Positions 26,152-38,770 of a stretch of DNA of 64,000 bases are shown here, piece after piece. A program made the position numbers and the translations under genes. Where the stretch lies: positions 1,348-65,347 of the forward strand of contig NW_018405566.1 in the NCBI RefSeq assembly GCF_002113885.1, in the 5' to 3' direction. Source of the stretch: Mizuhopecten yessoensis. Taxonomy: Eukaryota. A model generated the notes under the pieces. That model made no database searches. It had not been told where the DNA came from and saw nothing but the letters and a program-made list of their open reading frames with translations. Within the stretch, counting starts at the first letter, position 1. The number at the start of each line of letters is the position of its first letter.

Positions 26152-26560
26152 CGTAGTAATTTGAACCAAATATAGTTCGTAACTTTCACTGATTAAAAAC
26201 ACCACTGTTAAAGATCTTAACATATTTTCTTTGATTTTTGTCTTATACAGATATATTTTACCATATTATAGCATTGATCATATCATGAAATAATGAACAC
26301 ATTATCTAAAGATCTTTCACGGAAGGAGATAAAGTGGTTTTTTTTTTGTTTTTTTGTTTGTTAAATTATTCGTTCCAAAAAGGGTAGTAATTTGAGATTG
26401 ATATAGTTCATGGTGCTCACTGAAAAAACTTGCCTTTTCGTGAAATTTTAACATTTTTCTTTGATATATTGATCGTTTTCATATGTATTTCATCATTTTA
26501 TAGCATCTATCATACCATGAAATAATCAAGACAGCAACTAAAGATCTTCCGCGGTAGAAG
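26152..26560. repeat. Diverged tandem duplication of ~230 bp
   Basis: gtagtaatttga..atatagttc..tatagcat..catgaaataat..ctaaagatctt occurs twice. Confidence 0.65.
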
Positions 26561-28479
26561 AAAGTCTGTTGTTTTGGTTTTGATTTGCCCAGGCTTGGCG
26601 AGGACCGGTATGAATGCTGTACACAGCATCCAATAAAATCCAAAGAATGAATTCAAGTATACAGGGTCTGTTCCTCGTTGTCGTTAGATTGTCAGTGAAT
26701 TTCATCAACATATCTGGTGTCCAGCAGCTTCGCTGCATTTGCTTGTTTCATCTGTCAACAAAAGTGTTTTAGTATGTGTTGGGAGAGTTGTCTGTCTTTG
26801 TACAGCGAAATATTAACTGATCCGGATATTTGCCAGCTTTGGTTTAGGATTCATACGTTTAAATCAGCAAATCCGCAAATTCCTCTGACGATTTTAATTC
26901 CTACCTAAATTATGTTCCGGTTAAATAAAATGTTTGTAATATGTCTTCTATTGCTTGAAATCTACAGATGTTTAACTTTAAAAAGGTATAGTTTTAGTTG
27001 AATTAAATATGTGATGGCGGATTTATAAGGTGTCAGAACCTCACCGGTTTGGTTTGTAAAACTTCCTGTTGTCAAAAGCAGAAGCCTGTAGCGCTCTTGT
27101 GTACCATTGAAACCTACGTCAGGTACATTGTATGTATCTATGAATCTACACAGTTGACGCTCGTGTTGGACTTCATATTGTAACGATATAAGCTAAAAAG
27201 TTAGTAATAACATGTAGTACATGATTAAGTTGTGTTAGTGCTTTTTGATTACTACAGTACGTGCGACAAAAATAAATATCATAAGCTCTAAAGAGCTATT
27301 GACCGACACACCGTGTTTTTCAATTTGTGTCTAATTGATAAACAGTCTTGTCTACGATAAATCACAGTCAGCAGTTTTAGACTTTCAACAATTGTATACA
27401 TTAGGTAATATAATAGAGTCGGCGATATATTGTTTATTAAGGGATATAATACAGTCGTTGCCTGTTTCAAACCGTCAAATAATTCAAATCTACTAAATAG
27501 AAATGACAACATACCACTTATAATTGAAGTTTATTTATACCAATAGACACAGGATTACATACCAATAGTACATGTAATGTTTTCCAGAACAGTGACTGTA
27601 TATGTTGGTGGAGTAACTACTGTGGATACACTATTAGGCAAACATCTTGTATCTGATGAAATAAATGAGTGAGTTAAAACGAAACTTCTTGTGTCTGTTG
27701 ATGATAAGTTATCGTTTGAACACGACACCTCCTGTCACTTCCGATAACATGTTGTTGTTTCAGCACGTTGCTTTTCTCTCTTTCTGCGTCAGGTGATGAA
27801 AACCTCTGACGGAAACCGACAGACGACACTTTACTTAATAACAAAACATACGAAAACATTTTCTCTTTTGTTTCTCAATATCATAACAAAAGACGAACTT
27901 AATGACTGAAAGTCTTCCTGGTATATGGATTTTCTTGATTAACCAATCGGAGCTCCTGGAGGCCATTAAAAATATTTCAATAATTATGTAGTTATCCCAA
28001 TTTCGAAAGTAGTTGGATGAAATTTGTTCAGAAAAATCTTCAGGAAAAAGATGTTCAAAAAGGACGAAAGGAAATAGTTAAAATTGTGTTTGACGTTAGT
28101 TCAAACGTTAAAGACAACAAAACGAAGACGTTAAACTCATCATGATAGAAATACACATCGATCAGTACACTGTTAAAGAATTGTTCAAATGAAATGAAAG
28201 AATGTCGACCTTTGAACCAACAACGATAGATTTAATGTCACATTTTTTTCTAGAAGGTAAGCCCGATAAGTATCTACAAATGGTATAATTGCAGGAGAAC
28301 TGTTTAATCAATATTTTTTCTAAAACGTTGCAACGATATTGACAAAGATGATGCGATCGTTTTAACTTGTAAAGAACACCACAGTGTTGTATATGTTATT
28401 ATTACTATTTATCTAAACAAATGATGCTTTGATTCGTAGTTCCGTAAATTAGAATAATTTTTAAAAACTCATTGCAATG

Positions 28480-28710
28480 TTAATTATAAAGAAAGCATCA
28501 TGTGGAGGAGTTATGTCAGAAGGATTTTAAAAGCTGCTGCAGAAATCTTTACTCCTGTAATTACTTCCATTTCTAAGCACGTGCTCCTGAATCAGACTTG
28601 TAATAAGAAGAAGGCCCAGGTTTTTTGTATTTTTAAGTTGACCAATCAAATTGATTAGAACAATTTAAACAGGAGGTATTTTATCTTCATTGTCTAAATT
28701 ATTTGGTAAA
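28480..28710 (+). mobile_element. Highly degraded CR1-group RT fragment
   Basis: Remnant RILKAAAEIFTPVITSI..KKAQV..IFK..ILSSLSKLF across frameshifts. Confidence 0.35.
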
Positions 28711-31700
28711 AGTTTTAAACAGAAACCTGACGTAGACAACAAAGTAGTTTTATTTATTATCAAACTCAATTTAAATTTTATTTAATTTTGAAATAATTTT
28801 ACTACTGTACTAGGTTAACTATATGAGCAGACATAGTTTTCAGATTTGATTTACATGTATCTGCTTTTTGTTTTTTCCTCATTATCATTTTTACCTTTTT
28901 GCTATATGCTAAGAAATTAACCTGGATTCTAAGGTTACTTGTTAACGGGATTAATGATTACATTATAAATATTTATATAAAGATTTTTTGTTCTCTATTA
29001 TCTGAACTAATAACATACTAGAGCACGCAATACAGTCAAATTCTGGAAGGAAAGACAAAAGAAAAGAGGTGATAAGGAGTTCAAAAAAACTAACTTAACA
29101 TGTCAATAACGGTGAAAAGTTATTGAATAATTGAACTGTTCAAAAGCTCCTCCTCTGTACAGCTGAGATACAACTTGGCCCTTATGAATATCAAGGTTAT
29201 GGATTTGAAACTTCGTATGCACAAGCCTTTCGATTATGAAGAAGTATTTAAAGTGGATAAAGAAAGGACATGTTTTCCACATTTCCAAATAAACATAAAT
29301 CAGTATTTGCCTCAGGAAGTGACAACACATTTAGCATGATACACTAATTTAAAAGTATAAACAAGCAGATTTCTCCCTTCGTGGTTGCGAAGTCAATAAT
29401 TAGGTTAATAGGTAATTAAATAAAAAGATTTTTAAATTGGTAAATATATACATATCTAAGTTTACTTTGACCCCAGTTTAGAACTATTGAAATTGGGATA
29501 GCATTTAGGTACCGTTGCTATAGATCAAACTGGATGCTTATGCATGCCATTCGGTTGCTATGGAATAACAGATGGATGTAACTTCAAATTAAAATATGAT
29601 GCTATTTTTTTGTACAAGCCAACATTTGTCTATCTAGTGTATAATAACTAGGGAATGTATTTCTGGTAAAAACAATGGTTGCAAAGGTCAAAAGTTGGTT
29701 GCTATGGAAAAAATATAATTTATAACTATTATCTTTCCACAATATTAACAAAAGTTCACTATAAAGTGAAAAAAACGACCACAAGTTATATATTGGGTTG
29801 CCAGGGCTGTTGCTAAGCAACGCAATATCGGAATTCTTGGAAACTGCACTTATTGTAAATGTCAAACAAGGTGGGACAAAAAATGGCCCTTAGTGCACCT
29901 CCCTCATTTAGTATGTTACCACATATTTTAACCGAAGTCATTTAAAATAAAGAAATAGACATAAAGAAAAAAAGAAAAAGTCTTGCACCTTCTTTCAGTT
30001 CGATGACAATACTAGTCTCTAAATGATATATATGGCATTAAAGAACCATAAAGTTATCAGCGATGTGACATGTTTGTTGAGGTCTTTTTCAACAGATGGT
30101 TTCCATAACAAATACATCCCGGTTTTTTTGAGAAAACAAAAGCAAAAAGCTGTCAAATTCTGGTTATATTCGCTGCTAATCGTATACTTAATACCCTGGC
30201 AAGGAAGAACCTAAAACCAGTAAAAAGTTCGTTTTGATGCTTCAGCCTTAGGTCTGGAACCTTTCTTCCCTATCATGGCAATTTTGACTGGCTTATAGAT
30301 ACCCATCACGCTTAACTTTCATTTCTATCAACTGCAGTTTAATCCGTTAAAATGTCCAAGCGACATAGTGACTGCCATAACGTTCCATTATAAGTACGAT
30401 AATACGGACATGTTTAATATTAGAGACCTGGTCTCTATATTATCACAGTTCACCGATAACGTAGCGGTGCTTATCATGTATTTACTGTCGGTGTATTTAT
30501 TGATTAAACTTGTTGAATGAAAGTTAACTCATCGGTGGCCTACACGCACCCCTAGGTTTGACAGGAGACAGATATCGTAAAGGAGACAGGGCACTACTCT
30601 CCTTCTGGACCGTCACTTATCGACTCTTGTAAGCTCTAAGGTAACACTCTATTCAAATTGTTTCCGCTTCTATTTATTTTTTTAATAATCCTTATACCAG
30701 ATGTTGTTTTATTTGATCCTTTTAACACTTTTATTCTAATCTGTTTCAAATTAATTTTCATTTCACATAATCCTTATGCCTAGTTATGTCTTACATAATC
30801 GGTACATCAAACTTGTTTCTCCTGTGTAGGTTCGGGAAAGCATTAGGCCTGCTTTATCTAGCTGCACAATATTTTCAGATGTGTTTAATGTGGGGCCTGC
30901 GGCAAAATTTGGGTTTTTTACTGAGGAAAGCAAAACCTATCATTGCAACACTCTGGATCTGATCATTTCTCTGTTTTCTTTCTTTACGTCGGTTAACCCA
31001 TGGAACAAGTTTTAACATGACCTTAGCTATTACGAGACCGTTACCTAAATAAACAGAACATGCTTCGCCTTTTCCTTAGAGTTATTTCTTTTCAACATAA
31101 CCCTTATAATATTTATTATTTTACGAATTTTTTATATCAACTTTCTTTCACTTTATTCCTGTATCAATGATTGTTTTAAAATCATAGTTTAATTATTTGT
31201 TAAATATAATGTTTAACTGATGTTAATATAACTTTCTGTGTAACATGATCTGTTTATCGATTTATTGTTATCCATTATCCATGCATCAACTTCTATTTTC
31301 TGTTTTTCAGTGTCAATCACTTTATTATCAGTAACAGTATTAGTATATCAAAACATTATGTTAAATGAGCTTTTAGGTTAATTGGACTTGAAATACTATG
31401 AAAGCTAAACCGATTTATACTTGTTTTTTTTTTTTTTTATATCTGATAGCAATTAGTACATATAATTATCTGTTTTTCCAGCTCTATTCACCTTTCCGCA
31501 CCTAACTATTTTGTACATGTTTTAAATCTACTTTTAATACATCATAATAATGTTACAGCTAGTGAATTTCGTTCTCTTTCAGACAAACAAAGTCAAACAA
31601 CATTAAACCAGTCCGGGAATAAAATTCCATAAACTAACAAGCTTTTAACGAACACCCATAGCGATCTATATTTCCGGGTAACCGCTGCACAAATTCCATT

Positions 31701-31821
31701 AAAAATGTGTTACCAATGGTAAGAAAGGCTTAAATCTCGCTGCATGTGTGCATTAAGTTACATATAAGAAATCTGCACAGATGCCTTACCATCGTCAGGA
31801 CATTAAAGGTATTATATAGAG

Positions 31822-32654
31822 ATGGCGAAATATACAAAAATCAAACGCTACTGTATTTTTGTATTTCTGTTTGCTTTTGCAATGGAATTGCTACAATTCC
31901 TTCATACCGAATCATGGATCAAAGTCAAAAGTATATGTCCATCAACCATCTGTTCTAAGCATGGGCTACTGTTGTCTTGGATGGGATCTAATAAATCCGT
32001 GACTCATGTGTTAGCTGACGAGCAAGCGAAGCAATCACATGATATTTATCATGACCGTTTCCATTTTGTTTTTCCTGATTTGCCAAGGCAAAGCGTCCTA
32101 CCAGTAAGTTGTCCGTTGCTCTTTGCTGGTAATAAAACAGAACAAAAGCGTGCAATGTTATTCAAGAGATCGTTACAAACAACATCGTCAATATACTACC
32201 AGGAACAGGTACAAAACTGTACAATATTTAAACAGAGTTACATCACGAGTTACCTAACCCGGGAGGAAAAGGAGTTTCCATTGGCATATAGTTTATTAGT
32301 ATACAAAGACCTAATGCAAGTCGAACGACTTCTAAGGGCAATATACAGGCCACAGAATGTTTATTGTATACATATAGATTTAACAACTGCGGAGGATTTC
32401 CGAAAAACATTATCAACGATTGCAGATTGTTTTGATAATGTGTTTATAACAAAACGATCGGTGAATGTAAGATGGGGGACATTTACAGTTCTGGAGCCAG
32501 AAATTTTGTGTATGGAGGAACTATGGAAATACAAAACATGGAAGTACTTTATCAACCTGACAGGACAAGAGTTTCCCCTACGAACGAACGGAGAACTTGT
32601 CAAGATATTGAAAATATATAATGGCACCAACGACGTTGCTGGTACACTGAAAAG
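31822..32654 (+). CDS. GCNT: Core-2/I-branching beta-1,6-N-acetylglucosaminyltransferase (GT14), coding exon 1
   Basis: N-terminal type II signal anchor; EEKEFPLAYSLLVYKD..RLLRAIYRPQNVYCIHID; WKYFINLTGQEFPLRTN; AG|GT donor, phase 2. Confidence 0.93.
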
Positions 32655-33186
32655 GTATTCTGTTTTCTATTGATATTATTCTAGTCACTACAAATACGCA
32701 GTAAAGAAACACCTTTTTCATTACTCAGGCAAGTCGATGCAGAAAGCTGAACACAATTTCACTATACCATATATATAGATATAGATATACTCCCAAACGG
32801 TACTTAGCGTCCAGGTAACGAATATCCGGTTCAATTGTGGTTCGAAAAATATTCGGGAAAACAGTGAAATAGTGCCTTCAAACCCCTTATACTATTACAA
32901 ACTTAAACCTTATGGGTACAACGCTATTGTGTGTAAAATAATCCATCAACATAGTAAAACAGTTGAGGATAATAATTTTAAAGGGAAGGATTCGCATTAG
33001 TAAAGTGGCGTCAATGTTTTCTGATATTTACACAGGCAGTGTTACACACAAAAATTGTTAAATAATTGTATTAATAATCGATGAAATAACAACAAGGGTT
33101 ACATTTTATTTGTCGTATATTATTTTGTTATTCCACCAAAAATTTCTGTTTTTATTTTTGTTTCAAAGTTTCTTTTTACATTTCAG

Positions 33187-33413
33187 GGCTAATGTACGGA
33201 GATGGGCTAAAGCAGGAACGCCCCCTGCTGGTATTACCCCTGGGAAGGGGGGTGTCCATATCACAGTAAACAGACACTTTGTAGATTATATACTTCATAA
33301 TCAAACTGCACAAGCGTTTTTGAACTGGTGCAGAAATACATCTGTTCCAGACGAGACGTTTTTTGCGTCGTTGAACCACAATGCTCACCTTGGTATCCCA
33401 GGATCTGCTAACG
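33187..33413 (+). CDS. GCNT: GCNT coding exon 2
   Basis: tttcag acceptor, phase 2 to 1; KGGVH..R.FVDY; SVPDETFFASLN catalytic motif. Confidence 0.92.
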
Positions 33414-34826
33414 GTAAATAGAGAATGTAATTTACATCATACATTTTAGGGTGCATATTGTAGGTATATCAAGGTGTTGGTTAATGTTGAAGTGTATCGA
33501 GTGATGTTTACACATCCTGGGACTGGTTTTTCCGATGTAAAAACGCAGACAAAACATATTTGATACGTTTGTTAATACAAAGCGTTTGCTTACGGACATA
33601 TGGTCCTGGGTTATGTACACAAAGAAAACGTATGAGAAAACAAAATAAATAAAGATTCCAAGTATTGCAATTGATGCAGCAGATTTATTTAAATCGATTC
33701 TGTAGGGGTTTAAAACATTAGTCGCCTCTTACGATAACAACAGGTATATTCTTTCCTCAATCCCCGACCTGCAGGGGTGGATCAGGGTTTAAACCTCTGA
33801 TCATTGTTCGTTTTATTGTCCCTCCAACTAACTGATCTACCTTGTCATCTTCAGTGGACTTTCCCAGTCGTGCAAAAGGTATAACAAAATGCATGTTATA
33901 TGTAAAACTACAGTGAAAGTATCTATAACATCGATTCCAGTGATACAAGGATCCTTAATGATCTAAATACGGTTCCCAATTTTATATCTGTGAAAAGTAA
34001 GTTCGGTGTATTATGCCCATGTAGGTTCAGGGAAAGAAGATACCTGCTGTGTACCACTGCAGTTTGTTGTAAGAGGTAAGGAACGTGGGGTCCCAGCAGA
34101 ATCGGGGTTATTATACTGTGTCTTTTGCCTGAGGGACATTAAAGAAACCAAAAATAATATGCTGCCCCTATTGTAATACTTGGGTTGTCTGTCCTGTTTA
34201 AAATCCATTTCTTTTCGGTGCTGCCTTGGAAATCGTCTTTTAATTACCTTTACTGTTGCGAGGGAGAAACAAACAAAGCTTAGTTGGTTCTAGATTCGAG
34301 ATATCCAGGCTGTGTTAGGCAGGTTTTAGGGTCGCCATTATGGTCTTATTAAATAGTACTGTCGGTTATATCGCCTTGTGTGTATATGTGCTGAAGGCGG
34401 TATATTAATGTATTTGTAAATGAAGGTCGATGTTTTATTACGTTATACGTGTCGTGTTGTTTTGTTGTCACTTCCCTGCCCTCGCTTTGAGGGCGCGGCA
34501 TTTGTTGATTTTGTGTGCTGTCGATTACGTTGAAGACTTTTACCCTTCCAGAACATCTGGTCCTAATATCCGTGTACGTTTCGACGAATCCCATTGTAAA
34601 GCTTTCCTTTTCACATATCTCTCCCCTAGCTTAATCTATTGTGTAGATCGTTTAGCGGTAATCCATATTGTTTTTATCTCTACAAGGTCATGAGTTTGCA
34701 CCTACTTTGTCCCTGTTATATTTTCCTCTCTTGTTGAATAGGAATACCTTTGAGCAATCGTTAGTTACACAACAATGATCAAAACATTACTGTAGCAGAA
34801 TTTTAACGTCTCGTTTAAATTTTCAG

Positions 34827-35113
34827 GTTACGTGGAACCGTATATAAAGAACTCAAGATTCAAAAATTGGGGAACCCAACCTTGTGCTGGAAGGATGGTA
34901 CGATCAATTTGTATATTTGGCATCGGAGACTTGCCTGTACTTTCCAAAAGAAAGGAATTATTTGCAAATAAGTTTTACATGAACTATCAGACTTTCACAT
35001 TCGACTGTATGGAGGAGCTTATCTACAACAGAACAAAAGATGGTTATTTCAAAAAGATGGACGTAAATACGACGTATTACGAAAATCTGCAGTTTTTGAA
35101 AAATCGCATTTAA
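34827..35113 (+). CDS. GCNT: GCNT coding exon 3 (stop); spliced CDS 1347 nt = 448 aa
   Basis: tttcag acceptor, phase 1; SRFKNW..CAGRMVRSICIFGIGDL..LFANKF..DCMEE. Confidence 0.92.
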
Positions 35114-36814
35114 TGATGAGTGGGAACCGTTGATGACTCCATAATCCAATACGATCCAAAGAAAGAGTGAATCCGACATTTACCGCACATGTTTTGGTGT
35201 TTAAGGCCACATTACTACAGGTATTGTGATGTTTTCATTAAAGTGCCAATCCTAATAGTAGACACGCTATCTACTGTGGGGGTATAGAAGAAACAAAACA
35301 GCAGATTATCTTAATAATTTAGAAGAAATCCTGACATAAACAAATACTGACTCGTATACTTAAAAGTTTGTTTTCATTAAAAAAAACATATAACAAACAT
35401 ATTGCATAATGTATTATATCATCTTTTGAAAATATTAATGTGGAAGGTTCTGGATATTTATATTTAACCGACGAATCAGCCTATTTCAGCATAAATCAAT
35501 GCAATAACAACAACGCATAAAGCAGCACATGCTGTTTTGGCGACAAAATCATTGACAGAAAATATTATATCGAACTCTGTCCGAAATCTGTCAAACAAGT
35601 TTACACCAAATGGTTTGAAATCCGGGTCATATCCAAACTAGTTTCTCTTTTCACCGATGTTGATAGAAGATATGTATTCTCTGATTAAGTTATTTACATA
35701 GCCGTCTAAACCGTCTTTGATAAAGGTTGATTATCTTCTCCGACCCTGACGACGAGGCGATTCGCGTAGGTAGGCAGGACATGATAAAGGCGAAGGAAAC
35801 ACTACGGGGATATCGGGCAATACAACAGATGAAAGAAAACGTGCGTTACAGAACTGGGTGGTGTCTTAGTTGGGAAACATCAATCTTCAGACAGTCCAAT
35901 TGAATTAACTTTAATACGAAGGGGACTTTACCTAAAATTGAATTTCTTATATTTTCTTCCTAAAATGCATATCTTGTACAAACGTCAAATAAATAGCTTG
36001 TTAGACATGTGGAAATGTATACATATAACCCAACCCTTCTCAAACAATATTACTACCGAAGGACAATAAGTATCCGAGGTACCTGTGGATGATAACAAAA
36101 TATTGTTTTTCCAAAGGACACGAACAAGTAAAAGCATGTGTATAAAAACGATAAAAAGATAAATATATGTTACATATACATATAGTAACGATTTTGTAAA
36201 AAAAAACTGCTTTCACTTAATTGTATAAAAAAAGAAATACCAGAATAAAAAGTATCCATAAAAACTCAACAGGTATACCGTTACTGGACCACATGTGTCT
36301 AGTGACAGGATAAGGATCTATTGTGAGGTCGGAAGAACAAAATTAATTATGTTTCATTCTGTTTCTTTTATATCATTTGTTGTAAGTGGCTTAGACTGTT
36401 TTGTGTGTATTCTTTCATAGATTATTGTTACCACGAACACTCAATAAATGGGGGATGTTGACAACAATTAGCATGTTTTAAATTTACACTACACCAAGTA
36501 ATTTTGCATATTTGGCTCAAGATACATATACTAACTGAAACTGAACTCTGAAAGTAAACTCAAACTAAACCGTATTAAAATCCGTATTCCCTCCTCTTAC
36601 GATAAAAAACTTCATGACCGACATGAAGCAATATTGCATCTAATAATTAAAGTTTGTCGGAATTTGTAAAGTTTTTCGAAAATCTTTGTCACATCATATG
36701 AAAGTTTCCATTGGTCTGTAGTTGAACATGTTTCATTGTGAGACTGATCAGAACAGCAAGGTTACCTTTCGACAGTATAATACACTCAACAGTACAAACA
36801 TAGTTGGCTACATA

Positions 36815-37240
36815 CAGATGTGAGATATCACAACGCTTCGCGATTTTCAATGCGCGTACTGTGTGTGAAGGGAGTGTGCCAAATATGCACATCGTGTGCC
36901 AACGACAGACATATATCTTTTGCGCATATCTGTGGGGGAATGGACGATCCCCATTCTTGTCAGTTTTACGGCCATTAACATGCGTTGTAAAATTGGGCAT
37001 TATACAAATTTATCTGAAATTAAATATCTACAATGTAACTTAAGTCATTCGAGTCTTCCGTATTTTACTCATTCCGAAATATTGAGCAACTTAATTTCCC
37101 ATTTGTCCGGATATCATCGCACAACAGGGTTAACGATTGTTAAATCGCCTTGATATGTGTACAATATGCGGGTGATGTGTGCTCGAAGTATCCACGATTT
37201 GTGCACGTTTTTTATGGTGCGTTGTGCACTCACAAACTAA
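36815..37240. mobile_element. Degraded copy of the 19250-20057 MITE family
   Basis: TA|cagatgtgagatatcacaacg ... gttgtgcactcacaaact. Confidence 0.45.
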
Positions 37241-38149
37241 ATACAGTCGAATGAAAAACACAGCCGCTACAATTAAAAATAGTCGGCAGTTTAATACATT
37301 CAGCGTATTCATACTGTTTGCAATGAAATACAGTCTGCGCGGTATGACAGGGTCTGAATTATAAAACAATCGGTGGTTAAAGACAGTTTACGATATATTA
37401 CAGCCATATTTATAATATAGTTGATTTTATCACATACCTGTTGAATCTTGTTATAGTAATACAAGCAATTTTCAGACCATGAAATACAACGTTCTGTATT
37501 GCACATGTTCAATACGGAATGTTGTATTTACCTACTAGCCGGAACTACTTTTTATGGGAATCCCCTTGTCATGTCGAACTGAAAAGTTCCCGGTATTTGC
37601 AAAAAATATCAAAGTTTATAAAAATCTTTGTATCGATCTCTACCAAATACGGAAGGTATGTGATAAAAGCATTTATTGCGCGGACGTATATATTCACTCG
37701 TGCGCTCCGCGCTCTCTTGAATATATATTCGTCCGCGCAATAAACTCTTGCTTTCTGATTCGTTAGAAAAACACAAATGTGTGGTCTTGCATATGTATAC
37801 TACAGTACTACCAAATGATATAAGACAATCAATATTAGTATACAGTCCAGTCTGCTAGATGTCACAGTCATCTGTTTGAGACTTCGACATTTGTATACAT
37901 TTGGCGGTATAATACAACCGGCGAGATATTATATATTAAGGGATATAATACAGTCGCTGCCTGTTTTAAACTGTCGGCGAATGAAATCCAATTTACTCAA
38001 TTGAAGAGACAACACACCAGCTATACTTGAAGTGGAAATATTTATTATACCAAGAGACTCATGATTTCATAAAAATAGTAATGTTTTCCAGGACAGAAGT
38101 TCTAAATGTATGTGGACTACCTGTTGTGTTCGTATAAACTTCGTGTATC

Positions 38150-38770
38150 TGATGAAGGTAAATAAGAGTTTTAACACGTCAATTCCGGTATCTAAAGGTG
38201 GCAAAATGATGGAACACGACACTTTCTATGGCTGTAGATGATAAATAATTGTTTGAACCCAACTTTCTCTGCAAATAATAATAACAACATGTCCTATGAT
38301 GAGAAATATGGTTTGAACTCGACACTTCCTGTGACTATTGATGATAAAAGATTGTGCGAATACACTTCATGTGTCTACTTATGATAAATGAGTGTTTGAA
38401 GACGACACGTCCAGTGTCTTGTGATTTTAAATACAATTTGATAACGACGCTACTCGTGTCTGCTGATGATATTCTCGAGTTGAAACACGGCACTTTTTGA
38501 GTCAGTTGAACACGTATGATCGTTTGAACAAGACATTGCCTTTGACTGTTTATGATAAATATGATTTGAACACGTCACGTCCTGTATTTGTTGAGGACAA
38601 ATGATCATCATGTGCTGTGACTTTTGATGATCAATAACTGTTTTATCAAGTTACTTCCTATGTCTTGTGATGATTAACTATGGTTCGAACACGAAACTTG
38701 CTTGGCCTGATGTTGACAAATATTTGCTGTAAAGCACACTCCTATGTCCAATGTTGATAAGTGCTTGTTG
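38150..38770. repeat. Degenerate ~42-bp minisatellite (~14 units)
   Basis: Consensus ~gatgataaatNNtNgtttgaacacgacacttcctgtgtctgtt; ~3 units at paralogous 27655-27770. Confidence 0.7.
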
